A DNA stretch of 64,000 nucleotides from an uncultured Candidatus Saccharibacteria bacterium (GTDB lineage Bacteria; Patescibacteriota; Minisyncoccia; UBA6257; WO2-44-18). Positions 10,150 through 20,760 of the stretch are shown piece after piece. Location of the stretch: positions 4,518 to 68,517 of the forward strand of contig CAZDBT010000001.1 in the NCBI GenBank assembly GCA_964503795.1, given 5' to 3'. Below the pieces are notes generated by a model that saw nothing but the letters and a program-made list of their open reading frames with translations, was not told the DNA's origin and searched no databases. The translations under genes and the position numbers were made by a program. How positions within the stretch are numbered: the stretch's first letter is position 1; each line of letters opens with the position of its first letter.

Positions 10150-10837
10150 GCCAAGTTTGAATCCTGCCGTACCAAATTATCATATTTTTCAAAAATTGCC
10201 AAATATGGACCAGGCGCACTGTTGATTTTCCCTTTAACCTGGGTAGGTATTCTATCGGCATTTCTCCGATCGTATAGCCTAATTTTGCCGCCTTGATCAC
10301 TAATTCGGCATCAATGAACCAGTCGGTTGATTCCAAGCGGGCGCGTTTATAAAATTCGCGGCTGAAAATCTTCGGCGCGGCGTTGATGTCGACCGCCTTA
10401 AAACCAAATAAGATCCGGAACAAAAAATTAAATATCCGGCTGATAACTATTCTTTTTAAACCGTCATTGATGCGGCTTTTGCGGATAGCCTTATAGAAAT
10501 GCAGGCTCTCTTTTCGGCAGACCTGATACATCTTCAGCAGATCTTGGGGATCCTCTTGATTGTCCGAACGGATAATTCCCAAAAAATCTCCGCGGGCCGC
10601 CGCCAGGCCGGCCAAAACAGCGTGGCCGTAACCGAGTTTAGGTTCAGAGATCAGCACTAAATTGGGGATGGTCTTTTGAAATTCCGCCAGAACTTCCCGG
10701 CTATTGTCAGTTGAGGCGTTGTCGACGATCACCAGTTCGCAATTGAGCCCGCTAAGGGCGTTTTTTAATTTCGGCAGAAGAATTTTTAGATTCTCGGATT
10801 CGTTGTGGGCCGGTATAACAACTGAGAGATCGGTCAT
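10142..10837 (-). CDS. GT2 glycosyltransferase (DPM1-like)
   Basis: SVVIPAHNE, VDNASTD, GYGHA. Confidence 0.85.
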   Translation of the reverse strand: MTDLSVVIPAHNESENLKILLPKLKNALSGLNCELVIVDNASTDNSREVLAEFQKTIPNLVLISEPKLGYGHAVLAGLAAARGDFLGIIRSDNQEDPQDLLKMYQVCRKESLHFYKAIRKSRINDGLKRIVISRIFNFLFRILFGFKAVDINAAPKIFSREFYKRARLESTDWFIDAELVIKAAKLGYTIGEMPIEYLPRLKGKSTVRLVHIWQFLKNMIIWYGRIQTWHE

Positions 10838-10846
10838 CGCTGTAGG

Positions 10847-13003
10847 CTACAAAATTTGCTTGAACATGTCAAAATAACGAAATTCAAATTTTATCTCATG
10901 CTTACCCTCGGGAACAAAGATGCCCCCGAACACGGAATTAACCCGATACATTGGAGTTTCTTTTCCATCGATAAGGGCTTTCCAGCCGGGAAGGAAGTTC
11001 TGAGAGAACACCAGAAACTGCTGACCGGAAGAGTTGGTGGACACCGCTACGCCACTATTCTTCTGGGAATTTATTTTCACAGCCCCATCGCTCCTTACGA
11101 TCTTCTGGGCGCACTCCGCGCAGGTCACGAACACTCCATGAAAGTCGGCGGCCTTAAAGGATTGATAACCTTCTTCATCGTCTTTAACGAACTTGGTGAT
11201 CGGAGAAAAATAGGCCATCCGCTTCGCGTTCGGATTTTCATAAATGCCGAAAGAGAGTTGATGATTCCCCGCTGTCAATTCCGGTATACTCATCACTCCA
11301 ACCACCGGGAAATTAAAACCGGCGGCGCTAAGATTGAAAGCCGACAACAAATATCGTACCCCAAGAAAATTAAGCAAACCCTCCCGGTCCTTTAGCATAA
11401 GGATCTTCTCCATTTCGGGAACATTAAATTTATGCAGTTTCTTTTCTCCGTACTCTCCCAGCTGACGGCTGCCCAACAGAGCCATAAATCTCCCCATATT
11501 TCGCGGTAGCAACGGGTCAAGGAACTCTATGCTTTGGAGTCCATACCAAAGATTGATGTTCGGCTTAAGGGTATCGATCTCGCTGGCAGAAACAGATCGG
11601 ATGTCGTCCGGCGGAGCCTGATTTAACAAGGAGTAATAGAATACGGACATAGTATTTTCCGGCAGAACGAACAGGATGCGGCCGTCTTTCGCGGTAGCCT
11701 GCAATGTTTTTGTCGCGGAGTTGTCGGTAAAGATGGACGGGGCTACGGTTACCGGTCCGAATTTCCCGATCACGGCCAGTTTATAGTCCAAAACGGTTAA
11801 CCCGATCAAAAGTCCCAGCGCCCAAGATCGCGCCTTGGGATCTTTGAGCTGCTGGAACCTGGCTTCCAGCTTAGGCCATATTTGCGCCAAGCCCAGTCCG
11901 GCCAAAACCGATCCCGCGAAGGAACCCAGGATCATAAACCGGCTTGGGTAGCGGAAATAACGCAGAACCGGCAGATGCTGAAGAAGCCAGAAAAGCGGCG
12001 AACCGTTGAACGCGATAAAGAGAACTACGATGAATACGCAGCCGAAAAATTTAATGTAGGAATTCCGGAAAAAGAACGATCCGATGAAGAAAAGTAGCGG
12101 CAATAATCCCATATATAGAAATGCCTCCGATGAGCGCGGCCAAAACGGATCAATAAATAAAAGAAGGTCGGAAAAAGTTACCGGCTCAGCCGATGCCGCC
12201 TCGGTAAATGAAATCCCGCCCGCCCGGATCGAGTATTGGGTAACCGCAAAAGCGGGAATGAGCTGGAGAGACCCCAAGACGGTGCCGATGCCGCAGATCA
12301 GAATAAAATACCCGGCGATCTTCCATAACTTCTGCTTCATCTTCCAGGCCATAAATAGAGCGAATGCGAAACCGCCGATGATCGTATAGGTCACGAATTG
12401 ATAATTGCTGCTGCCTCCCAACCATCCCAAAAACACCCCCAAACTAAGCAGCCCTCCATACAACCAACGCCTTCTGGAAGAATCGGCTTTAATGAATTTT
12501 ATTATCCCCCAAAAGAAAAACGCCTGAAAAAGAACCGCGATCGCCGTAACCGAGTTGTTCTCATAAACTATCTGACTGATCAGATAACTGACGCCGCCAA
12601 CCCAGGCCGCAACTATTCCGGCATCCAACTCTTGTATGAATAAGACGGCAAAAAACAGAGCGAGAGACAAAACAAGGAAAAGACTTATGTGGTGCGCGGC
12701 CACCGGGGACAGGAAAAGAAGAAGGGCGTGGAGAGGAAAAAATGGATATGGTTGAGATACGAAAGCGGGAAAACCGCCGGCGTTATAGGGACTCCAAAAT
12801 GGACTATCGCCGCTCTGAAAGGCCGATTTTAAGAAAGTGAGATAAGGAATAAAAAGATCGCTCTGGTCTCCTCTGATGATCTTGCCTCCTAAAAAATAAG
12901 GGGAAAAGATCAGTAAAATTACAAAAAAAGACAGGCAGAGAATAAGAGGCGGTTTCTGGAATAAGACTTTCATTGTCAGATATAAAGTAAATATTACCTT
13001 CAA
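10847..13003 (-). CDS. YfhO-like multi-pass membrane protein (GT-C-like)
   Basis: PFWSPYNAGGFP, many TM segments, RYPSRF, C-terminal PGWKALIDG...VPEGKHEIKFEF. Confidence 0.75.
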   Translation of the reverse strand: MKVIFTLYLTMKVLFQKPPLILCLSFFVILLIFSPYFLGGKIIRGDQSDLFIPYLTFLKSAFQSGDSPFWSPYNAGGFPAFVSQPYPFFPLHALLLFLSPVAAHHISLFLVLSLALFFAVLFIQELDAGIVAAWVGGVSYLISQIVYENNSVTAIAVLFQAFFFWGIIKFIKADSSRRRWLYGGLLSLGVFLGWLGGSSNYQFVTYTIIGGFAFALFMAWKMKQKLWKIAGYFILICGIGTVLGSLQLIPAFAVTQYSIRAGGISFTEAASAEPVTFSDLLLFIDPFWPRSSEAFLYMGLLPLLFFIGSFFFRNSYIKFFGCVFIVVLFIAFNGSPLFWLLQHLPVLRYFRYPSRFMILGSFAGSVLAGLGLAQIWPKLEARFQQLKDPKARSWALGLLIGLTVLDYKLAVIGKFGPVTVAPSIFTDNSATKTLQATAKDGRILFVLPENTMSVFYYSLLNQAPPDDIRSVSASEIDTLKPNINLWYGLQSIEFLDPLLPRNMGRFMALLGSRQLGEYGEKKLHKFNVPEMEKILMLKDREGLLNFLGVRYLLSAFNLSAAGFNFPVVGVMSIPELTAGNHQLSFGIYENPNAKRMAYFSPITKFVKDDEEGYQSFKAADFHGVFVTCAECAQKIVRSDGAVKINSQKNSGVAVSTNSSGQQFLVFSQNFLPGWKALIDGKETPMYRVNSVFGGIFVPEGKHEIKFEFRYFDMFKQIL

Positions 13004-13060
13004 TAATACCGCTTTACAACATCATTGAAAGAATGGGGTTTTTATTGTAATCTGGTGCTA

Positions 13061-14035
13061 ATGAATGGTTCCCCAAAAGCCATATTAGTTACCGGTTGCG
13101 CCGGTTTTATCGGCGGCAATTTTGTGGATCATTTCCAACAACAATTTCCCGAAACCGAGATCATCGGGATCGACAACTTCGCCACCGGACGCCGTTCGAC
13201 CGTGAATACTAAAATAACTTTCTACGAAGGTTCGGTTCTCGATCAAGAATTACTCACACAAATATTCGGCCGGCACAAACCGGAATACGTTTTCCATTTC
13301 GCCGCCGTGCCGCGCGTATCTTATTCCGTGGAACACCCGAGAGAAACCACCGAAAACAACGTGATCGGAACAGTAGCCCTGCTGGAATCGGCCAAAACCC
13401 ACGGCGTAAAAAGGTTTATTTACTCTTCCTCGTCGTCCGTATATGGCGGAGCGGCCAAGCTCCCCACAAAAGAATCGGAAAACGCGCCGAACCCGAAGTC
13501 CCCCTATGCTTTTCAAAAATATGCCGGCGAACCTCTCTGCAGGATCTTCAGTGAACTTTACGGACTCGATACGGTCACTCTGCGATACTTCAATGTTTTC
13601 GGACCGGGCCAATACGGAGACTCGCCCTACGCCAGCGTAATTTCCGGCTGGCTTGAAGCGATCTTCCAACCCGATAAAAAACGGAATCCTTTTATTGAAG
13701 GCGACGGCGAGCAATCGCGCGACTTTTGCTACATCAGTAACGTGGTAGAGGCGAATATTCTGGCGATGCGGTATCCGAAGTCGCTCGGCGGAGAAGTGTT
13801 CAATATCGCCTGCGGCGACAGAACCAGCGTGAACCAAGTCCACGACTTAATAGAACAATATTCCGGAAAAAAATTAGATCTGGAAAAGCGCCCCGCCCGC
13901 GCCGGCGATATCAAACATTCTTACGCCGACATTTCCAAAGCCGGGGAATGGCTAGTCTATCAGCCTAAAGTATCGTTCGTAGAGGGACTCAAAAAAACGA
14001 TCGCCTGGCACCAGAGGCGGGCAGATCAACTGTAA
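13061..14035 (+). CDS. NAD-dependent UDP-sugar 4-epimerase (WbpP/GalE-like)
   Basis: TGCAGFIG, SSSSVYG, SPYAFQK, LRYFNVFGP, GDGEQSRDF. Confidence 0.88.
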   Translation: MNGSPKAILVTGCAGFIGGNFVDHFQQQFPETEIIGIDNFATGRRSTVNTKITFYEGSVLDQELLTQIFGRHKPEYVFHFAAVPRVSYSVEHPRETTENNVIGTVALLESAKTHGVKRFIYSSSSSVYGGAAKLPTKESENAPNPKSPYAFQKYAGEPLCRIFSELYGLDTVTLRYFNVFGPGQYGDSPYASVISGWLEAIFQPDKKRNPFIEGDGEQSRDFCYISNVVEANILAMRYPKSLGGEVFNIACGDRTSVNQVHDLIEQYSGKKLDLEKRPARAGDIKHSYADISKAGEWLVYQPKVSFVEGLKKTIAWHQRRADQL

Positions 14036-14985
14036 AACTTCAGATTGTCCCGGAACCACTCAACCGATCTTTCAAATCCCTTGGCCGGAGAATAGAGCGG
14101 TTTCCATTTCAGCATTTTTTTTACTTTTCCCAGGTCGGCCTGCCAACGATTGTCGGTATCAAAAGAACGGGACTGTGTCGCGCCCCAAACGATCGGTATT
14201 TCATTCTTAAAAACTTTGGCGGCGATCTTCACCATCTCTCCGATAGAATAGTCCTTTCCATAACCGATATTGAAGATCTCTCCGCCCAGATCGGGGCGCT
14301 GACCGGCCATCTCTAAAGCTCTAACCACGTCATCAATGTGGACAAAATCACGCCGAGGCGTCGGCGAGGAAAGTTTCAGCGGCGTTTTTTTTATGAAACT
14401 GGTCAGGATCGAAGGAAATAAACGCCCCGGTTCTTCGTAGGGTCCGTAGGCCGAAAAAAGACGCAAAGTAATGATCGGCACCCGTCCGAATTTGGAAAAA
14501 TACTGTCCCAATAAAGATTGGGACAGCTTGGCGACCGCATACAAGCTATTGGGCTCCGGCCGGTCACTTTCCTTCATCGGTTTGGTTTTTACTCCGTATT
14601 CGGAAGAACTGCCGGCGCTGACGATCACCTTAATGCTCTCCACCGATTGAGCCGCCCGGAAAAGATTGACGCTGCCGTTAACATTGGTTTTCACGATCAG
14701 ATCTTCATTTTTGTGAGAAGGATAGGTTCCATAGGCCAGGAGATGGTAGACAACCTGCGGCCGAATTTTTTTCAGCGTCGCTTCAACGTTCGCGTAATCA
14801 AAGATATCAACGTTGTGGATCTTGATCTGCCTTCGTAAAGAACCGAATCGCCACAGCTTAGATTCCGGCCTGGAGAAAATATGCACCTCCTGGTTCTTCC
14901 CAACCAGATGTCTGACCAAATTGGCCCCAACGAATCCGGTGGCGCCGGTCACTAAAATTCTTGATCGGTTTCTAATTTTTAACAT
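14026..14985 (-). CDS. NAD-dependent epimerase/dehydratase
   Basis: TGATGFVG, GSSSEYG, YAVAK. Confidence 0.85.
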   Translation of the reverse strand: MLKIRNRSRILVTGATGFVGANLVRHLVGKNQEVHIFSRPESKLWRFGSLRRQIKIHNVDIFDYANVEATLKKIRPQVVYHLLAYGTYPSHKNEDLIVKTNVNGSVNLFRAAQSVESIKVIVSAGSSSEYGVKTKPMKESDRPEPNSLYAVAKLSQSLLGQYFSKFGRVPIITLRLFSAYGPYEEPGRLFPSILTSFIKKTPLKLSSPTPRRDFVHIDDVVRALEMAGQRPDLGGEIFNIGYGKDYSIGEMVKIAAKVFKNEIPIVWGATQSRSFDTDNRWQADLGKVKKMLKWKPLYSPAKGFERSVEWFRDNLKFYS

Positions 14986-16000
14986 AAATTTCTCTATATA
15001 ATTTCGCCGCCCTTTCCCAGGTCATCGCGCCGGCAAATTCCAGCGAAGCCCGGGACATCTGCGAACGCAAAGATGAACTGGACAACAGATCGGTCATTTT
15101 AAGGACTGCCTCCTCTGGATCGGATCCGTCCACCAGAAAACCATTCTTGCCATCCAGAACCGCGTCCTCGGCGCTGGTATTCTTAGCGCCGATCACCGGC
15201 AATCCGGCGGCGGCGGCCTCAAGATAGACCAGGCCAAAGCCTTCTATGTCTTTATTGTCATCTTGGGGCAATAAAATAAATAGTTCGGCATTTTTATACA
15301 AAGCGATCAGTTCTTCCTCGGAAAGTCCGCTCAAAAAAGTTATTTGGCCATGCTTTTTCTTAATTTCATCCGGAGGATTGCTTAGGATCAAATAACGAAG
15401 GTCCGGGAGTTTTGTTCTCAAAATATCAAAGGCGGCGATGGAATGCTCGAAACCCTTGCGCCGCTTCCAAGCTCCCACGCTCAAGATGTAGGGCTTAGCG
15501 ATTAGCGGCCGGTGATTAGCGGCCGGCGCCTGAAACTTCTTGAGATCAACTCCATGATTTATCACCTCAATTTTTAGATCGGGCAAGACTTTCAAGATCT
15601 CTTCTTTTGTGTGCCTGCTGACCGCTACTAATTTGTCGGCGCGCCGATAAGCCCAAGAAAGCAAATATTTTTTCCAGGGATGATAAAGGGCCTGCACTCC
15701 ACCGGTGCCCACTGCGGTAATGATCAGCTTTCTGCGCAGTCCCAAGGATGCGAAGGCGGCAATGAATCCGTAAGGCCAGCCATCAAGAGCATGAACCAGG
15801 TCGCTCTTAGCGAAAATGGCGCGGATCTTGCCAAGTTTCATCAATACTCGGAAAAAGCCCGGCCGCAAAACATCCTCCGAGGTCATTACCTCCGCTTCCA
15901 TATCCGCAGATGTTTTCCTCATCGCCAAGATCAGAGAATTATAGAAACGCCCGGCTCCGGTGTTTTCCCGCGTATCATGATTGAGATAACAAATCTTCAT
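14972..16000 (-). CDS. GT4 glycosyltransferase
   Basis: EGFGLVYLEAAAAGLPVI. Confidence 0.9.
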   Translation of the reverse strand: MKICYLNHDTRENTGAGRFYNSLILAMRKTSADMEAEVMTSEDVLRPGFFRVLMKLGKIRAIFAKSDLVHALDGWPYGFIAAFASLGLRRKLIITAVGTGGVQALYHPWKKYLLSWAYRRADKLVAVSRHTKEEILKVLPDLKIEVINHGVDLKKFQAPAANHRPLIAKPYILSVGAWKRRKGFEHSIAAFDILRTKLPDLRYLILSNPPDEIKKKHGQITFLSGLSEEELIALYKNAELFILLPQDDNKDIEGFGLVYLEAAAAGLPVIGAKNTSAEDAVLDGKNGFLVDGSDPEEAVLKMTDLLSSSSLRSQMSRASLEFAGAMTWERAAKLYREIYVKN

Positions 16001-17286
16001 TAAAGCCTTTTTTCTCCATCCCTCGTTACAACGTGCGGATAAGGCATTGGGAACATCAGAGCGCCGCCCTTCTCCAAATAATCCTTTTCCCGCTTTAAAA
16101 GCTCATCTTTAAAGAACCAGATCAAGACCAGCATGGCGCTCGGCCGCAACTCTCTGGCTTTTTCTTCAGAAATTAATTCCAGGTCGGTTCCCAAAGTTCT
16201 CAATCCGACTTTTTCCGGATTGCGTTCGCTTAAATATGGGACCATTTGCTTATCAATGCCAAAAAACTGCAATAAAACATTTCCTTTGGTAGAGGCGCCC
16301 AGGCCGATCACCAAACCGCCTTTATTTTTTACCGCGGCAATATAATCCAGGGTGGTCTTTTTCAATTCGGCCACCTTCTTACCAAACTCCCGATAAGGTT
16401 CGGCGGAAAATAAATTTAAAGCGTCTTCTTTTTTATAGAATTCTTTTAAAATGTCAGAGGTAGCCCGGGGGTCGCCATCGTTGGTAACAAATATCCTAAG
16501 ACTCCCGCCATTAACTTCGTTCAAAGAAGCGTCAAAGATCTTCAGGCCGTGACGAGCCATTAAATTCTCCAGCACCCGCAGAGTGTAATATTCCAAATGC
16601 TCATGACAGACATCATAAAAATTCAAAGTTTCCAACGAGGTAGGGAGATAGCTTAATTGGACGCACCAGACACCACCGGGAGCCAAAACCGCCTTCGCGT
16701 CCGCGACAAAGGCGTTAGGATCGTCCAGATCATAGAACATAGCGATAGAAGTAATGGCTTTAAACTGCTTACCACCGCTCAATTCCAAAGCCTTCTTTTT
16801 TGAAAAATAATCAGCGGCAACTTTTATAGACTTATCCAGAGCGCTTCGATCGATATTTTCCGCCGGATCAATGCCGATCCTGTCGGTGAAATCCGGGTAG
16901 TAGGTAAGCATGGTGCCGTCGTTGCAACCAATATCCAAAACAGCGTCCCCCGGCTTCAATTCAACTTTTCCGGTCACCTCGTTAACGATATTTTGCAGCG
17001 CTTCCCGCATCATCGGGTTGGTTCCCGAACGATAGAAGTAACTACGGTACATCAGGTCCCGCTCGGCGGTCTCCCGAAGCTGCACTAATCCGCAAGCCTG
17101 ATCGTTTTTACTACGATCGCACAAGACGACTGTCAGCGGTATTTTGGTTTTTGCCAGTTCATTGTCATCGTTGGTCTTCACAAACGAAGAGGCTAAATAC
17201 TGCGAACCAAAATTCAGAACCTCGGTAAGATCGGGGTTGCCGCAGATCCGGCACTGATCGATCTCTTTATAATGCTTTTCGGACAT
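16000..17286 (-). CDS. NDP-hexose C-methyltransferase (Zn-binding N-terminus)
   Basis: CRICG...C...CGLVQL, LDIGCNDG, HEHLEYY, GASTKGN. Confidence 0.85.
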   Translation of the reverse strand: MSEKHYKEIDQCRICGNPDLTEVLNFGSQYLASSFVKTNDDNELAKTKIPLTVVLCDRSKNDQACGLVQLRETAERDLMYRSYFYRSGTNPMMREALQNIVNEVTGKVELKPGDAVLDIGCNDGTMLTYYPDFTDRIGIDPAENIDRSALDKSIKVAADYFSKKKALELSGGKQFKAITSIAMFYDLDDPNAFVADAKAVLAPGGVWCVQLSYLPTSLETLNFYDVCHEHLEYYTLRVLENLMARHGLKIFDASLNEVNGGSLRIFVTNDGDPRATSDILKEFYKKEDALNLFSAEPYREFGKKVAELKKTTLDYIAAVKNKGGLVIGLGASTKGNVLLQFFGIDKQMVPYLSERNPEKVGLRTLGTDLELISEEKARELRPSAMLVLIWFFKDELLKREKDYLEKGGALMFPMPYPHVVTRDGEKRL

Positions 17287-17953
17287 TGCTCCGGTTAAAG
17301 AATTCTCGCCCTATTACTTTCAATATCGCCCAGCCGGTCTTGAAAGGACGCATCTTTCTTTCTCCGCCGATCCTGGCCGGCTCATCCGCCCCGATATCGG
17401 CGCAACGCAGTCCGGCCTTCGCGAACTGTATCGGTAATTGCACCGACCAATCCAAGCCGGTGGCGGTAGGATTGATCTTATTAAACGCATCGCGTCGGTA
17501 GGCCCGAAAACCAACCAAAACATCGGTATATTCAGCCCAGAAAAGCAGGTCTACCAACAGAGTAAAGATGCGGTTGCCGATCTTGGTCAGAAAATCATCA
17601 TCAATACTTACCGCGCCATCCTTATATCGGGAGGCGATCACGAAATCATACCCTTCCTGAATTTTATCGATCAGCCTCGGTATCGCCTCCGGCAAAGAAT
17701 TGCCGTCCGGCGGAAACTCAATAACAATATCGGCATCGCTGGTTTCCAAAACCTCTCTTATGCCGGCTCCGTAACCCCGGCTCTTCTGACGGTGTACCCG
17801 ATAGCCATTTTGTTCGCAGTATTCGACGGTGCCGTCTGTTGAATTACAATCCACCACGACGATCTCGTCGAGCCATTTGCGATTAATTTTCGGAAAAACC
17901 GCCCTTAGCGCCACGACCTCGTTGATCGTCGGCGCGATTAAAATTGTTTTCAT
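17267..17953 (-). CDS. GT2 glycosyltransferase
   Basis: APTINE, VDCNSTDGT, GYG, ASRY. Confidence 0.85.
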   Translation of the reverse strand: MKTILIAPTINEVVALRAVFPKINRKWLDEIVVVDCNSTDGTVEYCEQNGYRVHRQKSRGYGAGIREVLETSDADIVIEFPPDGNSLPEAIPRLIDKIQEGYDFVIASRYKDGAVSIDDDFLTKIGNRIFTLLVDLLFWAEYTDVLVGFRAYRRDAFNKINPTATGLDWSVQLPIQFAKAGLRCADIGADEPARIGGERKMRPFKTGWAILKVIGREFFNRSNVRKAL

Positions 17954-17958
17954 ATTTT

Positions 17959-18957
17959 CTAAATTACTTTCAAGCCGCGAAGTTTTCTCTCCTGGCGATA
18001 CCAGGTGATGGTCTTGGCCAGGCCATCTCTTAAAGAAAAGGACGGTTGAAATCCGATCTTGGCTTTAGCTTTTGAGGTGTCGCAGGTTCTACGAGGCTGT
18101 CCCTCGGGTTTTCCGGTGTCAAAAACCAGATCCGTTTTCGCGCCCGTTAATTCTATCAACAATTTTGCCAGCTCGCCAATGGAAATTTCTTCGCTACTGC
18201 CGATATTCAGAACGTCGGCATTCGGGTACTTTTCACAAACCTCCAGAAGTCCGCGGGCAAAATCCTCAACATATAAAAAGGATCTGGTCTGCTTACCACT
18301 CCCCCAAACCACCAAAGGATTTTCTCCATCAAATATCCTGCGCAATAATCCGGGAATCACATGGCTCGTAGGGGCAAAGAAGTCATCCCGAGGGCCATAA
18401 GCGTTGTAAGGCCGGGCGATTGCCACCTTCATGCCAAACTCCTCCGCGTAGGCAGAACCGAGATACTCTTCCAGCCGCTTAGACCATCCGTAACCGGCAT
18501 TGGCCGGCTCGGGAACATCTTTAAACCCATCCTCCTCCGGAGTCGGATTGGCGGCATTGCGCGAATAGACACAGGCGGAGCTCACTACTAGGAATCGCTC
18601 CACGCCGGCGGCGCGCGCCGAATCTATTACATTCAAAAATACCGAGAGATTGTCACGGCAAAGACTAGCCTGATGAGCAATGCTGTTGGCAATCCCCCCG
18701 CCCTTGGCCGCCGCCAAGTTCAATACTATCTCCTGGCCTTGCATCGCCCGATCCACCGCCGAACGATCGTTAAGATCGGCCTCAACGAACTGCACCTTGT
18801 CTTTTACCGCGCTAAGGAAATCCAACTTGGTTGTCTTACGCACCGGCACGGTAACTTTGGCTCCTTTTTCAACCAACAATTCCACCACATGACTGCCGAT
18901 GAAACCGGCGCCACCGGTAACCAAAACTTTCTTATCCTTGTAAAGGTTTTTGTCCAT
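17959..18957 (-). CDS. GDP-sugar epimerase/reductase (GDP-L-fucose synthase / GDP-mannose 3,5-epimerase-like)
   Basis: [31 protein letters not shown]; adjacent to gmd. Confidence 0.8.
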   Translation of the reverse strand: MDKNLYKDKKVLVTGGAGFIGSHVVELLVEKGAKVTVPVRKTTKLDFLSAVKDKVQFVEADLNDRSAVDRAMQGQEIVLNLAAAKGGGIANSIAHQASLCRDNLSVFLNVIDSARAAGVERFLVVSSACVYSRNAANPTPEEDGFKDVPEPANAGYGWSKRLEEYLGSAYAEEFGMKVAIARPYNAYGPRDDFFAPTSHVIPGLLRRIFDGENPLVVWGSGKQTRSFLYVEDFARGLLEVCEKYPNADVLNIGSSEEISIGELAKLLIELTGAKTDLVFDTGKPEGQPRRTCDTSKAKAKIGFQPSFSLRDGLAKTITWYRQERKLRGLKVI

Positions 18958-19927
18958 GTTCCTTCAAGTCTTCATCCAGCATGATCCGGACCAGATCCTT
19001 AAACTTAACCTTCGGCTCCCAGCCAAGTTTAGTTTTTGCTTTAGTGAAATCACCCTTCAATAAAGGGGTCTCGGACGGACGGTAATAACGCGGATCGATC
19101 TCTACATAATTCTTGTAATCCAAACCGACCAGACGGAAGGCCTCTTCAACGAAGTCTTTGACGGTATGCGCCTCGCCGGTGGCAACGACGAAGTCGTCGG
19201 GTTCTTTGTGTTGCATCATCCGCCACATCGCCTCAACGTATTCCGGAGCATACCCCCAGTCTCGGATAGCATCCAAATTTCCCAAATATAACTTTTTAGC
19301 CAAGCCGGCTTTGATCCTGGCTACCCCTTGAGTGATCTTCTTGGAAACGAAATTCTCGCCACGGCGGGGAGACTCATGATTGAATAAGATACCGTTCACC
19401 GCGAAAAGACCGTAGGCCTCGCGATAATTCTTAGTGATCCAATAAGAATAAACCTTGGCGACCGCGTAGGGGCTGCGGGGATGGAACGGCGTGTCTTCAT
19501 TCTGCGGCGCCTGCTTCGCCAAACCGAACATCTCGGAAGAGGAGGCCTGATAAAATTTGGTGTGAATGCCGCTATCTCTGATCGCCTCCAGGATCCTCAA
19601 GGTACCAAGAGCCGTAACGTCTCCGGTATATTCGGGAATATCAAAACTCACCCGGACATGGCTTTGGGCGCCCAGGTTATAAATTTCATCCGGCTGGATC
19701 TTGCGCAATAAGCGGCTCAAGGCGCTACCATCGGTCAGGTCGCCATAGTGAAGATGCAGCCGGCTTTCCTTGTCTTGTAGCGAGTGCGGAATGTGGTCGA
19801 TCCGCTTGGTGTTAAAGGAGCTGGAACGACGCATTAAACCATGGACTTCATAGCCCTTAGACAGCAAAAGCTCCGCCAAATAGGAACCGTCTTGGCCGGT
19901 AATGCCGGTAATTAAAGCCTTCTTCAT
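18932..19927 (-). CDS. gmd: GDP-mannose 4,6-dehydratase
   Basis: [41 protein letters not shown]. Confidence 0.97.
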   Translation of the reverse strand: MKKALITGITGQDGSYLAELLLSKGYEVHGLMRRSSSFNTKRIDHIPHSLQDKESRLHLHYGDLTDGSALSRLLRKIQPDEIYNLGAQSHVRVSFDIPEYTGDVTALGTLRILEAIRDSGIHTKFYQASSSEMFGLAKQAPQNEDTPFHPRSPYAVAKVYSYWITKNYREAYGLFAVNGILFNHESPRRGENFVSKKITQGVARIKAGLAKKLYLGNLDAIRDWGYAPEYVEAMWRMMQHKEPDDFVVATGEAHTVKDFVEEAFRLVGLDYKNYVEIDPRYYRPSETPLLKGDFTKAKTKLGWEPKVKFKDLVRIMLDEDLKEHGQKPLQG

Positions 19928-19970
19928 ACAAAAAAGATTGTAAACTTTTTGACGAAAATGTCAAAAAATA

Positions 19971-20756
19971 TTAATTTAAATCGTAAAAATTCCTGAACAG
20001 TTCGGCTACTAAAACGGGGCCGGTGCCGCCGGGAGTGGGGGTGTAGAAACTAAGCGACTCGCGACTAGCGACTAGCGAATTGGGATCGAAGTCGCCGCGA
20101 ATTTTTCCGTCCACCATTCCAAACCCGAAATCAATGACTCCGGCGCCGGCCTTCAGCATTTCCTGCTTAATTAATCCCGGTTTCCCCGTTCCACAGATCA
20201 CCAAGTCGCAATCTTTGATACGGACCAGGTCCGTTCCGGTGTGAAAAACAACGACCTCCCGGCACTTCCCGGAAAACCATTCCGCGATCGGGCGGCCGAC
20301 CAACAGACCGCGCCCGACCACTCCCACTACTTTATCGGTGATCGGGAAATTAACCTCCTTTAAAATGTCCAGAACCGCTAAAACCGCCGGCGGCACCGCC
20401 GCTCCTTTTCCAGTCAAAGCATCAACGTCTTTCTCCACAGGCAAAACCGTCAGGATGGCCGCTCGATCATATTTCTCCGGCAGGGGAAGCTGCAAAATGA
20501 ATCCGCCGACATTAGCGTTAGAAATGATTTTTATCAGCTCGGCGATTAATTCGCCCTCCGAAAGATCGGCGCTTAGATTGTGGACAACGAAGCGGATGCC
20601 GAGCTCATCGGCAATTTTCCCTTTTTGTTTCAAAAAACTGGCAGAGGCGGCATTTTCTCCGACCAAAACCGCCGCCAGTTCCTTTGATGGTGTCGGCCGA
20701 CTTTTCAATTCGGCAATTATTTTCCCGGCCAAAATCTTTCCATCTACTTTTATCAT
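19971..20756 (-). CDS. folD: Methylene-THF dehydrogenase/cyclohydrolase
   Basis: DGK, VLVGEN, LQLPLP, KDVD, VGRGLLVGRP, TPTPGGTGP. Confidence 0.9.
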   Translation of the reverse strand: MIKVDGKILAGKIIAELKSRPTPSKELAAVLVGENAASASFLKQKGKIADELGIRFVVHNLSADLSEGELIAELIKIISNANVGGFILQLPLPEKYDRAAILTVLPVEKDVDALTGKGAAVPPAVLAVLDILKEVNFPITDKVVGVVGRGLLVGRPIAEWFSGKCREVVVFHTGTDLVRIKDCDLVICGTGKPGLIKQEMLKAGAGVIDFGFGMVDGKIRGDFDPNSLVASRESLSFYTPTPGGTGPVLVAELFRNFYDLN

Positions 20757-20760
20757 TAAA